DNA of 64,000 bases, taken from a virus (Duplodnaviria; Heunggongvirae; Uroviricota; Caudoviricetes). Positions 27,606 through 38,908 of the stretch are shown here, one piece after another. The stretch spans positions 119,437 through 183,436 of the IMG/VR virus record IMGVR_UViG_3300033153_012477; one strand, written 5' to 3'. Numbering within the stretch: position 1 is the stretch's first letter; each line of letters begins with the position of its first letter. The translations under genes and the position numbers were made by a program. The notes under the pieces were generated by a model, which did no database searches, was not told where the DNA came from, and saw nothing but the letters and a program-made list of their open reading frames with translations.

Positions 27606-29537
27606 ATGGATTTACATGATAGAGTTGTTTACAAAAAATTATTAGATAGTGAAGAAGTAAATAAAGAAGAGTTGAGGGACTTCTTGGTTAAAGCTGCAGA
27701 CACATACTATACCAAAAACCCTTTTATTACCGACGATGAGTTTGACCTTTTTAAAAATAATTATAAAAAGACATTTAACGAAGAGTTACCTATAGGTACT
27801 AAAGAAACCCTGAAAGGCTTCTCCAAAGCAGCTCACGGGATCCCTATGGGGTCTCTCACTGAGTTTGATACAACTGTTGATATTGTAAAAGATATAGAGA
27901 AATGGAGTGCCAAGAACGCTAAGAAAGATGATTTTTGCACCAGTGAGAAATTGGACGGCTTAAGTGTTTCTGTTAAATGGGAAAAAGGAAAACTTGTTCA
28001 AGCTCTTACTCGTGGAGACGGTTTTGAGGGTGATGACATCACTGCTAATGTTCTCAAAATGGATAGAGTTCCTAATGAACTGCCTGTCCCTTTTAGTGGG
28101 TACACAAGAGGAGAGATAGCTCTGTTGAAATCAGTTAAACAGAAATATTTTTCTGAAATGGCTAATGAAAGAAACGCAGCAGTAGGTATTACCAAAAGAA
28201 AGAATGGAGAAGGATGTGAACACTTAGATATCTTTTTCTATAAAATTTATGTCGATAAAGATTTTAAAGTAGACTTCAAAACTGAAACGGAGATTTTGGA
28301 TTATCTAAAAAATGATCTAGGTTTATTGACCCCAAGATATTATACAACAGGTTTGACAACTCTTCTTGCTCTTCATAAAAAATATGAGGAAGGAGTAAGA
28401 GATAAGCTAGACTACCTACTAGATGGTCTCGTGGTTAATGTCAACGATGTCGCACAACAGGTTTTGATAACAGATAATGAGCTTCTACCAGAATATGCTA
28501 GAAAATTTAAATTTGAAGCTGAAAAAGCAGAGACTGAACTATTACAAGTAATTTCTCAGGTGGGAAGAACTGGAGCTATCACACCTTTAGCTATTCTTGA
28601 TCCCGTCGTTTGCGGTGGAACTCTAATATCTAAAGCTACTCTTCATAACTATGACGAGATAGATCGTTTAGGTATTGAGGCTGGTGATGTGATTCAGGTG
28701 ATTAGGAGTAAGGATGTTATTCCTAAAATCACTGGTGTGCTTAGAAAGAATGAATATAGCACTCCAATAAAAAGACCTAAAGAGTGCCCCGTGTGTGCCT
28801 CCGATTTAGAAAAAGAGGACACTATCTACTACTGCCGAAATGAATATTGTGGAGCTAGAGTAGCTAAAGCTTTATTGCATTGGTTAAATATATTAGGCTT
28901 AAAAAATATGGGGGAGAAAATAGTTGAGGCTCTCATAGACACAGGTAAATTAAAAGCTATCCCTGATTTCTATAAACTAGAAATAGAAGATATTGCTGAT
29001 CTAGATAGGCAGGGTGTGAAAAATGCTACAAAAATTTTAAAAGAAATTAATAGTAAAACAGTAATAACTGTCTCAGAACTACTTTCAGGGCTTAACATTA
29101 GGTCACTCTCAGTAAAAAGAGCAGAGATCCTTGAAGATAACTTTGGAGATTTAGAACATATCTTGGCTTTAAAAACAAGAGATATCATTGGTATAGAAGG
29201 TTTCGAGATAAAATTAGCGACCTTCATTGTCACAGGTCTAAAAGCAAAGGCTCCTTTAATTAAAGAAATTCTTAAGCACGTAAACTTAAAGAAAAAAGTA
29301 GAAGGTGCTTTGACAGGTAAAAGTTTTTGTTTTTCAGGTTTTAGAGATCCTGACCTAGAGACAAAGTTGAAAGCTAAAGGAGGCAGAATTGCTTCAGGTG
29401 TGAATAAGAAACTTGATTACTTAGTAGTTAGAAACAAAAATGGTACAACTTCAAAGATAAAAAAAGCTAAAGACTACGGTATTATTATTCTTGACCCTGA
29501 TGATTTGCACGGAATTATCTACAACACCTTATTTTAA
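27606..29537 (+). CDS. ligA: NAD-dependent DNA ligase
   Basis: Domain Ia YY..PFITDDEFD, motif I EKLDG, LTRGDGFEGDDIT, DGLVV, VGRTGAITP, ATLHN, Zn finger CPVC..C....C, HhH repeats, BRCT SFCFSG. Confidence 0.95.
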   Translation: MDLHDRVVYKKLLDSEEVNKEELRDFLVKAADTYYTKNPFITDDEFDLFKNNYKKTFNEELPIGTKETLKGFSKAAHGIPMGSLTEFDTTVDIVKDIEKWSAKNAKKDDFCTSEKLDGLSVSVKWEKGKLVQALTRGDGFEGDDITANVLKMDRVPNELPVPFSGYTRGEIALLKSVKQKYFSEMANERNAAVGITKRKNGEGCEHLDIFFYKIYVDKDFKVDFKTETEILDYLKNDLGLLTPRYYTTGLTTLLALHKKYEEGVRDKLDYLLDGLVVNVNDVAQQVLITDNELLPEYARKFKFEAEKAETELLQVISQVGRTGAITPLAILDPVVCGGTLISKATLHNYDEIDRLGIEAGDVIQVIRSKDVIPKITGVLRKNEYSTPIKRPKECPVCASDLEKEDTIYYCRNEYCGARVAKALLHWLNILGLKNMGEKIVEALIDTGKLKAIPDFYKLEIEDIADLDRQGVKNATKILKEINSKTVITVSELLSGLNIRSLSVKRAEILEDNFGDLEHILALKTRDIIGIEGFEIKLATFIVTGLKAKAPLIKEILKHVNLKKKVEGALTGKSFCFSGFRDPDLETKLKAKGGRIASGVNKKLDYLVVRNKNGTTSKIKKAKDYGIIILDPDDLHGIIYNTLF

Positions 29538-29568
29538 CCAATATTCCAGTATTTGCCACCATCTTTAT

Positions 29569-29606
29569 AAGATACTTCTAAAATAGAAGTATCTTCTTTT
29601 TATTTT
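29569..29606 (+). terminator. rho-independent terminator after ligA
   Basis: AAGATACTTCT-AAAAT-AGAAGTATCTT perfect stem followed by CTTTTTATTTT. Confidence 0.75.
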
Positions 29607-29702
29607 ACTAATTTAAAGATTCTTATGAACTACAGATGTGTGTAGATATTTAATTAATTTTACATATTTATCATGGGATAAGGGATAGATAAGGAGACTT
29701 CC

Positions 29703-32700
29703 GTGGCTATTATACCAATAATTACCTTTCCAACAGACTCTCCAGGATACTCAACCAACATAGCTAATCAAACTATTAAAGGGTGGGCTGATGAGACAAC
29801 TAGTGAGATACTAGTTAATGGGAGCATTGAAGGTGTGACCTATGCTTCAGGATCTGCAGACTGGACGTTTGTGACTATGCTGACCAAAGGTGAGAATCTG
29901 TTTGAGGTTGTGGCAGTGGATGGAGACAATATCCAAAGTGCCTCTGATTCCTTAGTAGTTTCATATATCACAGACGAAAATCTAAACTTAATTGTAAGTG
30001 CTCCAACAGGTATTACTTTAGAAAGAAGTAGAAATGCTGTTAAAATATCTGTTATTGAAAATAGTGAGCCTGAAGTTATCGGTTATAACTTTTACGGAAG
30101 CGAAGAACCTGGTGGGGGCACAAACGGTTTTGCCTTACTAAATAACACTTTCATTACGGCTCATGACTTTTTTAAAGAAAACACGATTGTTTTAAGTGAA
30201 ACCGTTGATACCTCTGGGGATATAAGAACCACCAACACTATTGAAAAAGTAGTGCGAGATTATTACTACTCTTATGAGCACAACAGGGTAGATCAGCCTT
30301 TGGGAACTATCCCGCTATCTGAGGCTAATCACTATGTTGTTACGGCAATTGCTTTTGATACCACTTTACAGAAACAGGTAGAATCCATATATAGTGCTGA
30401 ATTGGGAGCGGAACCTCTTTTATTAGACACCGCTATTAGAGATTTACCTGCCCGAAATACAGTAGATATTCAAGAAAGTTACATAAATCAAGTTTTGCAA
30501 ATTAATCCCGAAGTTGATGTAAAACCAGGGACCATAACTAGAGACATACACATCAACCCCCCCTCTGATGAATTTGAGAGACTCTATATTATTCAAGATT
30601 TCATGCACAGATCTCAATCTTTTTTAACATTAATCGAGTTTGATGATCCAGACGGTAATGGTGTTTCCGATCCAGTTCTTACCTCTACAGGTAAACTCAG
30701 ATTAAAGGAAGCTTTGCTAATCTCAGATGAGAACGCCGATCAAGTGCAAATTTTAGTTGACGAGGCTTTCACAAAATTAGCAGGTAACGTAAACTACCGA
30801 AGAAAAGAAGCTCAAAACGCTATTGGGCAAGCTTTGTTTTATACTTTAAAGACACCTACAAGAGACTCCGTCATAAATGCTGGCGGTATCATTGAAACTA
30901 TATCAGACGAAACCACAGAGCCAGTTCAATTTGAAGTTTTAACTGACTTCATATTAGCTGTGGACGATTTAGATAACTACTTTAACCCAACTACAGATAG
31001 GTACGAGGTTAAACTAGATGTTCGAGCTATTGAATCAGGAGATGACGGTAATGTGGATGCTAGTAAGATAAGACTAGTGGTTAGTGGTATTGATTCAGTT
31101 TTTGGAGTAACTAACCCTAACCCGACAGAATTTGGGCAAGACATCGAATCTAACAATGATCTAGCAGAAAGAGCCATACTTGCTTTTGTCAGCGTAGATG
31201 CTGGTACAGAGGCTGGTTATCTTGCCACTACTCTAGGAACTCCGAATGTGCAAAGAACTAAAATAATAAGTGCTGGCGAAGAACTTATGCAGAGAGATAT
31301 TGATCCTCTCAGATTGGTGCATACCTTTGGTAAGGTTGACATCTATACTCAAGGAAGTCTAGCAACAAACTATTCAGAAAATTTTGGATTTACATACAAC
31401 ACTATAAAGGATGAGCAAGCTCTTATTCAGAGTGTTCAGTTTTATCATTTCAGAATATACAACTCAAGTATAACACACTTGAAACCTGTTTACCAAGTTA
31501 TCCAAGTTAAGAACGTTACTAAGCAAGCCCTTTATGACGTAACCGATGCTGTGATTTTAGGAGACGGTCAAGTTATAGACTTAGATGAGACTCTTCAAGC
31601 TAATCAGGCAATCGGTCTTGAACCTACCGATGTAATATATGTTTCTTATCGTTACCGAGATTCTGATCCTTATGTTTTTTCTAATCAACCAGTTGATAGC
31701 ATTGTTTCCTGTGTTGGTGAAAACTCAGGATCACTTACGTCAGAAAATATTATACTTCAGAAATTAGAGGATCCTCTCAAATTTGGTAACTCTACCTCAG
31801 CTCAAGATCAGATGACCTTACAGTATGCAAATGGTGTTCCTAACGGAAGTATCAAAGAAGTCGTTGACGAATCTCATCTAATGTTTGGAGAGAATGAAGT
31901 AGAGCTAGAAAGATATGGTATCGACACTGATACTTTAGTTGTCTCTGATGAAACAAACACCACAACATATCAAAGAGCAATTGATTACATAGTGAAGGCG
32001 GGGGATATGAAAACCCTCACCACTATAAAAAGAACAACAACAAGCTCTATACCAAATGGATCAAGGGTACTGGTTGACTACGAAGCTGGTGAGAATTTCA
32101 CAGTTACTTATGCGGTGAACACCCTTCTTCATGACGTTCAAGCAAGAATAGATAAAATGAGACACCTTACTGCAGATGTGGTCGTTAAGGCAGCTTTAAA
32201 ATCATATATAGATTTTGATATTAAAGTTATGCTGAAGGAAGGTAGTGATCAAACTAGCATAGATAGGCAGATAAGAACTGCAGTTGCAAAGCTTCTTTCA
32301 GAGAAATTAATTGGACAGTCGGTGTATCAATCAGACGTGATTCACGTTATTGAAAGTATTAACGGCGTTGATTATATCGTGGTTCCTTTTACAAAGATGG
32401 TTAAATCAAACGGAAGTATGGTTATTAAAGAAGAATACTCAGATGACTGGGAAGAGTATCAGACAGTGAATGTCACTACTTTTAAAAGTATTGGTGTTCT
32501 CCAGTGGGAAACTATCGAAGGCGGTGGTCCCGATACAGCTTTCCGAGGAGTGTTTGAAAACGATATTGAATTAGCTCTAGTTAGCGATCTATCTAAAGTG
32601 TCAGAAGCGGCAGGACGTGCTTACATAGCTTCCGACGGGCATCTTTTTGTATCTCCGAAATTAGGTAATATAGATGAAGCTTTGGTATCTACTACCTACC

Positions 32701-32813
32701 TTGTAGAATCAGCTACAGGTGCTAGAGATATAAACTTCAGCGACATAGAATATGGAGCTGTTGGAGATTTAATTATAACTTATGACTTTAGTAAAGCATT
32801 TACAGGATTCTAA
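29703..32813 (+). CDS. baseplate wedge protein J/gp6-like with N-terminal Ig-like/FN3 extension
   Basis: GTG start with AAGGAG; DVKPGTITRDIHINP, VRAIESGDDGNV, GQDIESNNDLAER, IGQSVYQSDVIHVIESINGVDYI typical of baseplate J proteins. Confidence 0.8.
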   Translation: MAIIPIITFPTDSPGYSTNIANQTIKGWADETTSEILVNGSIEGVTYASGSADWTFVTMLTKGENLFEVVAVDGDNIQSASDSLVVSYITDENLNLIVSAPTGITLERSRNAVKISVIENSEPEVIGYNFYGSEEPGGGTNGFALLNNTFITAHDFFKENTIVLSETVDTSGDIRTTNTIEKVVRDYYYSYEHNRVDQPLGTIPLSEANHYVVTAIAFDTTLQKQVESIYSAELGAEPLLLDTAIRDLPARNTVDIQESYINQVLQINPEVDVKPGTITRDIHINPPSDEFERLYIIQDFMHRSQSFLTLIEFDDPDGNGVSDPVLTSTGKLRLKEALLISDENADQVQILVDEAFTKLAGNVNYRRKEAQNAIGQALFYTLKTPTRDSVINAGGIIETISDETTEPVQFEVLTDFILAVDDLDNYFNPTTDRYEVKLDVRAIESGDDGNVDASKIRLVVSGIDSVFGVTNPNPTEFGQDIESNNDLAERAILAFVSVDAGTEAGYLATTLGTPNVQRTKIISAGEELMQRDIDPLRLVHTFGKVDIYTQGSLATNYSENFGFTYNTIKDEQALIQSVQFYHFRIYNSSITHLKPVYQVIQVKNVTKQALYDVTDAVILGDGQVIDLDETLQANQAIGLEPTDVIYVSYRYRDSDPYVFSNQPVDSIVSCVGENSGSLTSENIILQKLEDPLKFGNSTSAQDQMTLQYANGVPNGSIKEVVDESHLMFGENEVELERYGIDTDTLVVSDETNTTTYQRAIDYIVKAGDMKTLTTIKRTTTSSIPNGSRVLVDYEAGENFTVTYAVNTLLHDVQARIDKMRHLTADVVVKAALKSYIDFDIKVMLKEGSDQTSIDRQIRTAVAKLLSEKLIGQSVYQSDVIHVIESINGVDYIVVPFTKMVKSNGSMVIKEEYSDDWEEYQTVNVTTFKSIGVLQWETIEGGGPDTAFRGVFENDIELALVSDLSKVSEAAGRAYIASDGHLFVSPKLGNIDEALVSTTYLVESATGARDINFSDIEYGAVGDLIITYDFSKAFTGF

Positions 32814-32816
32814 TAT

Positions 32817-35800
32817 ATGTCTTTTGGTGGAAACAAAAACGGATTTTTAGATACTAAGCAGTTCAGGCGATGTGTTCTTGAAAAGTCTAATGAACGGTTA
32901 GGTCTGATAGTTAAATCACTGTCTAACGGCGAAAATGGTACTTATGTGCCAAAGGATAGAGGTTTATTAGGGTTACTTGACTCAAGTTATAAATCTGATG
33001 TTCCTAGTACAAATTATGCAATGCACTTAAAGTCTATTGCTTTTGAATCTGCTAGGTTTCTTTGCACCACTAAACAAGTTACTGACGATATAATATTCGA
33101 TACTACTCGGGGAGAATACCTTTCTCAAAATATAGCTGCCTTTCTTTTTCCTGGACAAAGATTTTCTTCTACAGGATCGACAGATGAGAAAGTTAGAAAC
33201 TTCTACCTATCAATTATTGAAGCTTACTTTGGAGGAAGTACTAGAGAGAATATTCAGAACTCTCTTTTAAGTTTCCTCGACGTACCTGTTGGGATTATTG
33301 AAAACTTTATTCTCTCCAGAGAGGATGCTTCTCTTGACTCTATTATCAATAAATTTACATTTGATATTGTTATTCAAGTAGATGATCCAAGAATAAAGGA
33401 TGTAAACCAACTTCAAAAAGATATTGAATTTTTACTTGATATCATTAAACCTGCCCACACTACCTACTCTACTAAGTTTATTTTTTCTGAACTATTTGAT
33501 ATTTTCAGAAAGGGTTGTCTTCTAGTTAAAGATGAGAATGGGGATCCTCTTATAACCCACGATGGCTTTGAGACAAAGATTAAACAAGCTAACACAGCTA
33601 TATGTGAGGTTTTGCACTTTGATAACCATGACTATTACTATGAGGACTTTAGAAAAAGATGTGCAGGAGAAAGTTATTTAAAAGTTGAAGATGAGATAAT
33701 TCAAGAAGTTAATCCTGAAGGAGACTTACGACAAGCTTCCCCAAGGTGGGCTAAATCTACTATTGGTGGAACTTGGGATAATGCAGATCCCGCTACATTT
33801 CACACACGCTTTGGTCCTTTTGGTAAAGAAGATGGCTCTATAGCTGACTCTGTGTCAGATATCCAAGTGTATATTGATGGTGTTCGTGCAGAGATTGAGG
33901 AGATTTACCCTCTATCGGCTTCTTTTAAGTTAAGAGTAGTCCCACCTGATACTGCAACTATCACAGTTACATACTACTACCTAAGAAAATATTCTGGGGC
34001 ATTGATTACTAATACTTTTGATTCAGTTATCAATAACTGGAAAAATCAAGCCACTGAGTTAAATTATACAACAGTTTTATTTCCAGCAGATTATTCTATA
34101 GAAAAGAAAGTACCTCTTGAGAATAGTTACCGTTACAAAGGATTTAACCTTTTTAATTCTTCTGTTCTTAATGATGCCTTAACTCTAAATATGAATGAGT
34201 TAAGTTTAAGAAATAGAATGAATGATTATGATGTCTTTAAGTCTCACGGTTATGATGAGGATATCTACTCAACAGTACTAAGAGATGGTCAAGAACTTGT
34301 ACCAAGATCTCTTGAGAAACAAGATGTTTGGAGAAGACTCCCTTTTCAAGAATTTAGATTAAACAACAATGAATTCATAATGAATAACCGTGAAGATAGA
34401 ATGTACGGTGAACTACATTATGATTCCTACCACCCTTTTTATAGTGCTCTTGAATATGACATACTAGATAATGGCGGAGAACCAAATCTAGTACAATCTA
34501 TTTGTGAAGATGCTAAAAATGGAATGGTTATTGATTTCAGAAGATTGATAGAAGAAGACTTCACTCAAGGTGGGATAGACACAACAATTAGAAGAGATCA
34601 TTCTTGTCAATTCTTTACTTACCCTATTATCCCAGCTTTATACTCTGGATCAGGTTATGTTGAAGCAACCTTTACAGTATTAAATGATCTAAACTGCACT
34701 CTTCAGGGAGGAAACGGTACTTGGGATCTAGAGCATCCTTTACCTGAAATACCTGAATACCATTTAGGTGGAACACACACCACTGTGCGTATGGTGCTTG
34801 ATGATATTAAAGAAGAAGAATATGATGGAATTGATGAGCTTTGGGAATCTCTCTGGAATAGAGATCCTTCTGAAAACCCAATCTATAGCACAGCCACACT
34901 TGCGGGACAGGGAAATTCTTCTGATAGAGGATATCTACTTCACACTTTCACAGATGGTTCTGCTTATGTGAACCAAGGTTTAGACCCAGTAATGCCAATG
35001 CATCTAGATGATGTAGTTAGAGAGTATTATAAAGAAGAAAGTTGGTTGATAGCTAACACAGGTACAACTAATAATTTAGACAATATATTATCAGGAACTA
35101 AAATAAAAGATTCAGATGTCAGCACGTCTTATGTTAAGCTGACTGAATATGTTCCTTTTATGCTGAACTCTTTTAGTGCCTCTGATTTAACAGGTATGGA
35201 TCCGTCTGTTAATTCTTATGGTGTAAAAGTAACCTCTATAAATCAAAACCCACCACACTCCTCTCCTCTCCTCTTTCTAGCTCCTAGAAAGATTTTAGAC
35301 GGTAGAGTGACTAGTGCCTATAATGAAACAAGAGATTTCTTTTATGATCTTACGGGTATGAATATTATAAATAATCAAGTTATTGACATAGACGAGTCTT
35401 TTAATCCTCAGGGATTGAATAATGGAGATGTCATAAGAGTAGATTATGTTGCTGTAGACTACACCAACGAGTATGACCAACTAATATCGGTTAATGACCC
35501 TGATAATTTTGTACTTTTTTCTCCCATCGAAACTACAGATGTATATAAGATTTTTAATTTTACAAAAGGATATGAATACGACCTTGGTGGTAATTCTTTC
35601 TTAGAAGGAGATACCTTAATACACTTAGATCCTGCTGCTGGAGTAAACAGCACTATAGGTTTAGATCAAGGTGACCTAATTTTTGCTACATTTGTATCAC
35701 TTCATGATTCTCAAAATGCAGCACCAAGATTGACAAAAAATAATGATAACTTTGTGACAACAGCAATTGAGGTTTCTCCAGAAGATCCATATGATGATTA

Positions 35801-36017
35801 TGAGTATATTTCTGTGAGGGATTCCTCTAATTTTGTATTGTTTAGTCCAAAAGATATAAGCAATCTAGTTAATATTTGGAATTTCACTAAAGGTTTTGAA
35901 TATAACTTAGGAGGAAGCTTCTACATAGATCAAGATCAAGTAATCTATTTGGACTCTTCCTTAAACAACACTATTGGTCTAGATCATGGGGACTTAATCC
36001 TAGGTAAATTTCAATAG
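32817..36017 (+). CDS. baseplate wedge protein I/gp7-like (large)
   Basis: Directly after J; TRGEYLSQNIA, RNFYLSIIEAYFGGST..NI, LLDIIKPAHT signature; three C-terminal ~75-aa repeats. Confidence 0.7.
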   Translation: MSFGGNKNGFLDTKQFRRCVLEKSNERLGLIVKSLSNGENGTYVPKDRGLLGLLDSSYKSDVPSTNYAMHLKSIAFESARFLCTTKQVTDDIIFDTTRGEYLSQNIAAFLFPGQRFSSTGSTDEKVRNFYLSIIEAYFGGSTRENIQNSLLSFLDVPVGIIENFILSREDASLDSIINKFTFDIVIQVDDPRIKDVNQLQKDIEFLLDIIKPAHTTYSTKFIFSELFDIFRKGCLLVKDENGDPLITHDGFETKIKQANTAICEVLHFDNHDYYYEDFRKRCAGESYLKVEDEIIQEVNPEGDLRQASPRWAKSTIGGTWDNADPATFHTRFGPFGKEDGSIADSVSDIQVYIDGVRAEIEEIYPLSASFKLRVVPPDTATITVTYYYLRKYSGALITNTFDSVINNWKNQATELNYTTVLFPADYSIEKKVPLENSYRYKGFNLFNSSVLNDALTLNMNELSLRNRMNDYDVFKSHGYDEDIYSTVLRDGQELVPRSLEKQDVWRRLPFQEFRLNNNEFIMNNREDRMYGELHYDSYHPFYSALEYDILDNGGEPNLVQSICEDAKNGMVIDFRRLIEEDFTQGGIDTTIRRDHSCQFFTYPIIPALYSGSGYVEATFTVLNDLNCTLQGGNGTWDLEHPLPEIPEYHLGGTHTTVRMVLDDIKEEEYDGIDELWESLWNRDPSENPIYSTATLAGQGNSSDRGYLLHTFTDGSAYVNQGLDPVMPMHLDDVVREYYKEESWLIANTGTTNNLDNILSGTKIKDSDVSTSYVKLTEYVPFMLNSFSASDLTGMDPSVNSYGVKVTSINQNPPHSSPLLFLAPRKILDGRVTSAYNETRDFFYDLTGMNIINNQVIDIDESFNPQGLNNGDVIRVDYVAVDYTNEYDQLISVNDPDNFVLFSPIETTDVYKIFNFTKGYEYDLGGNSFLEGDTLIHLDPAAGVNSTIGLDQGDLIFATFVSLHDSQNAAPRLTKNNDNFVTTAIEVSPEDPYDDYEYISVRDSSNFVLFSPKDISNLVNIWNFTKGFEYNLGGSFYIDQDQVIYLDSSLNNTIGLDHGDLILGKFQ

Positions 36018-36094
36018 CGGTAAGCATACCAGTATAATGAATTAATATAATTAATTAAATGCAATAAAATAAAGAATTTTGGAGGAATAGAGAC

Positions 36095-36703
36095 ATGGCT
36101 AATATCAATAAAGAGGTTCTCAAAAAGACAGCGGAAACTAGTGGACGTTTAGGATTTGGTGTTAAACTTGAGGATAGAATAGATCGTGGGATGAAAGGCG
36201 AGTTCTTCATCACTTTAAATCATAAAGATGGAACAGTTGAAAAACATTATAGAAATGTTATTGTTGATTCAGCTTCTCTTCTTATTGCAAGGCTGTTGGC
36301 TGATGGTCAAACAACTCTAGATCCTTCAGGACCTGCTCATGGGATATGGGTGTTAGCGTTAGGAACAGGAGACTCCTCTTGGGATTCTTCAAACCCTCCT
36401 GCTGCAACAGCAACTCAAGTTCAGTTAGAATCTGAATTGGCAAGAAAAAGATTTGCAAATGTAAATTTTGTCAAAACAGATGGATCGGGACTACCTGCCA
36501 GTACCATTACAAACATAGTAGATTTCCAAACCGTTTTTAATGAATCAGAAGCTGTTGGTCCTATTATGGAGTTGGGTATGTTTGGTGGTGATGCCTCCGA
36601 AACTACTGCAAACTCAGGTACTATGGTTAACTATAGAACAATTGCTGTAATCAATAAACCTAATACAGCGACCATGTCTATTATTTTCCGTATTACAACT
36701 TAA
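36095..36703 (+). CDS. baseplate/tail-fibre attachment protein (gp8-/gpH-N-like)
   Basis: KGEFFITL..RNVIVD....IARLL..ALGTG..TQVQLESELARK..FQTVFNESEAVG.I.ELGMFG..M.NYRT..VINK. Confidence 0.65.
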   Translation: MANINKEVLKKTAETSGRLGFGVKLEDRIDRGMKGEFFITLNHKDGTVEKHYRNVIVDSASLLIARLLADGQTTLDPSGPAHGIWVLALGTGDSSWDSSNPPAATATQVQLESELARKRFANVNFVKTDGSGLPASTITNIVDFQTVFNESEAVGPIMELGMFGGDASETTANSGTMVNYRTIAVINKPNTATMSIIFRITT

Positions 36704-36749
36704 GTTTTGTAATACACTTTTTTGTATTACATATCACGTTCTGTAATAC
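36690..36749. repeat. two tandem palindromes GTATTACA-N10-TGTAATAC
   Basis: Boxes at 36690-36697, 36708-36715, 36724-36731 and 36742-36749. Confidence 0.85.
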
Positions 36750-36763
36750 GACCGAGGTAACTA

Positions 36764-37192
36764 ATGGATAGATCTAAAATCATATCAAAAACTATGTGTA
36801 AACTTGGAATGAAATCAATAGATTTCATTACTGAGACAGATAAGCCAGAAAAAATAAAAACAAAAGAAAAGAAAAAAATTAATGAAGCTTTTAGAAAAGC
36901 AGGTCTAGACGGTAATGGTCGTTTTAAAAAAATAGATCACGGTATCAGTAAGATCCATGAGATCTTAGCTGATAACGATTTTGAATTAGACGAAGTTACC
37001 AGCTCAGATAGATTCAGAGAAGACAAGGGAAGACAAGAGTTTCGTATAGCTAGAAAAAAGCATAAGGATCCACATTCTCCAACTCCAATAAAAAATAGTT
37101 TAGTAGCTTTTTCATGGCACTTGATGAGTGAGAAGAAAGTTACTGATGTTGTAAAAGATAAAACTTTTGAGATTTTAGCTTATTTAAGCTAA
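36764..37192 (+). CDS. hypothetical protein
   Basis: 142 aa, GAGGT RBS; AGLDGNGRF motif. Confidence 0.7.
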   Translation: MDRSKIISKTMCKLGMKSIDFITETDKPEKIKTKEKKKINEAFRKAGLDGNGRFKKIDHGISKIHEILADNDFELDEVTSSDRFREDKGRQEFRIARKKHKDPHSPTPIKNSLVAFSWHLMSEKKVTDVVKDKTFEILAYLS

Positions 37193-37216
37193 TTATAAAT
37201 AATAAGGAATAATTCT

Positions 37217-38907
<1,691 letters not shown>

Positions 38908-38908
<1 letters not shown>

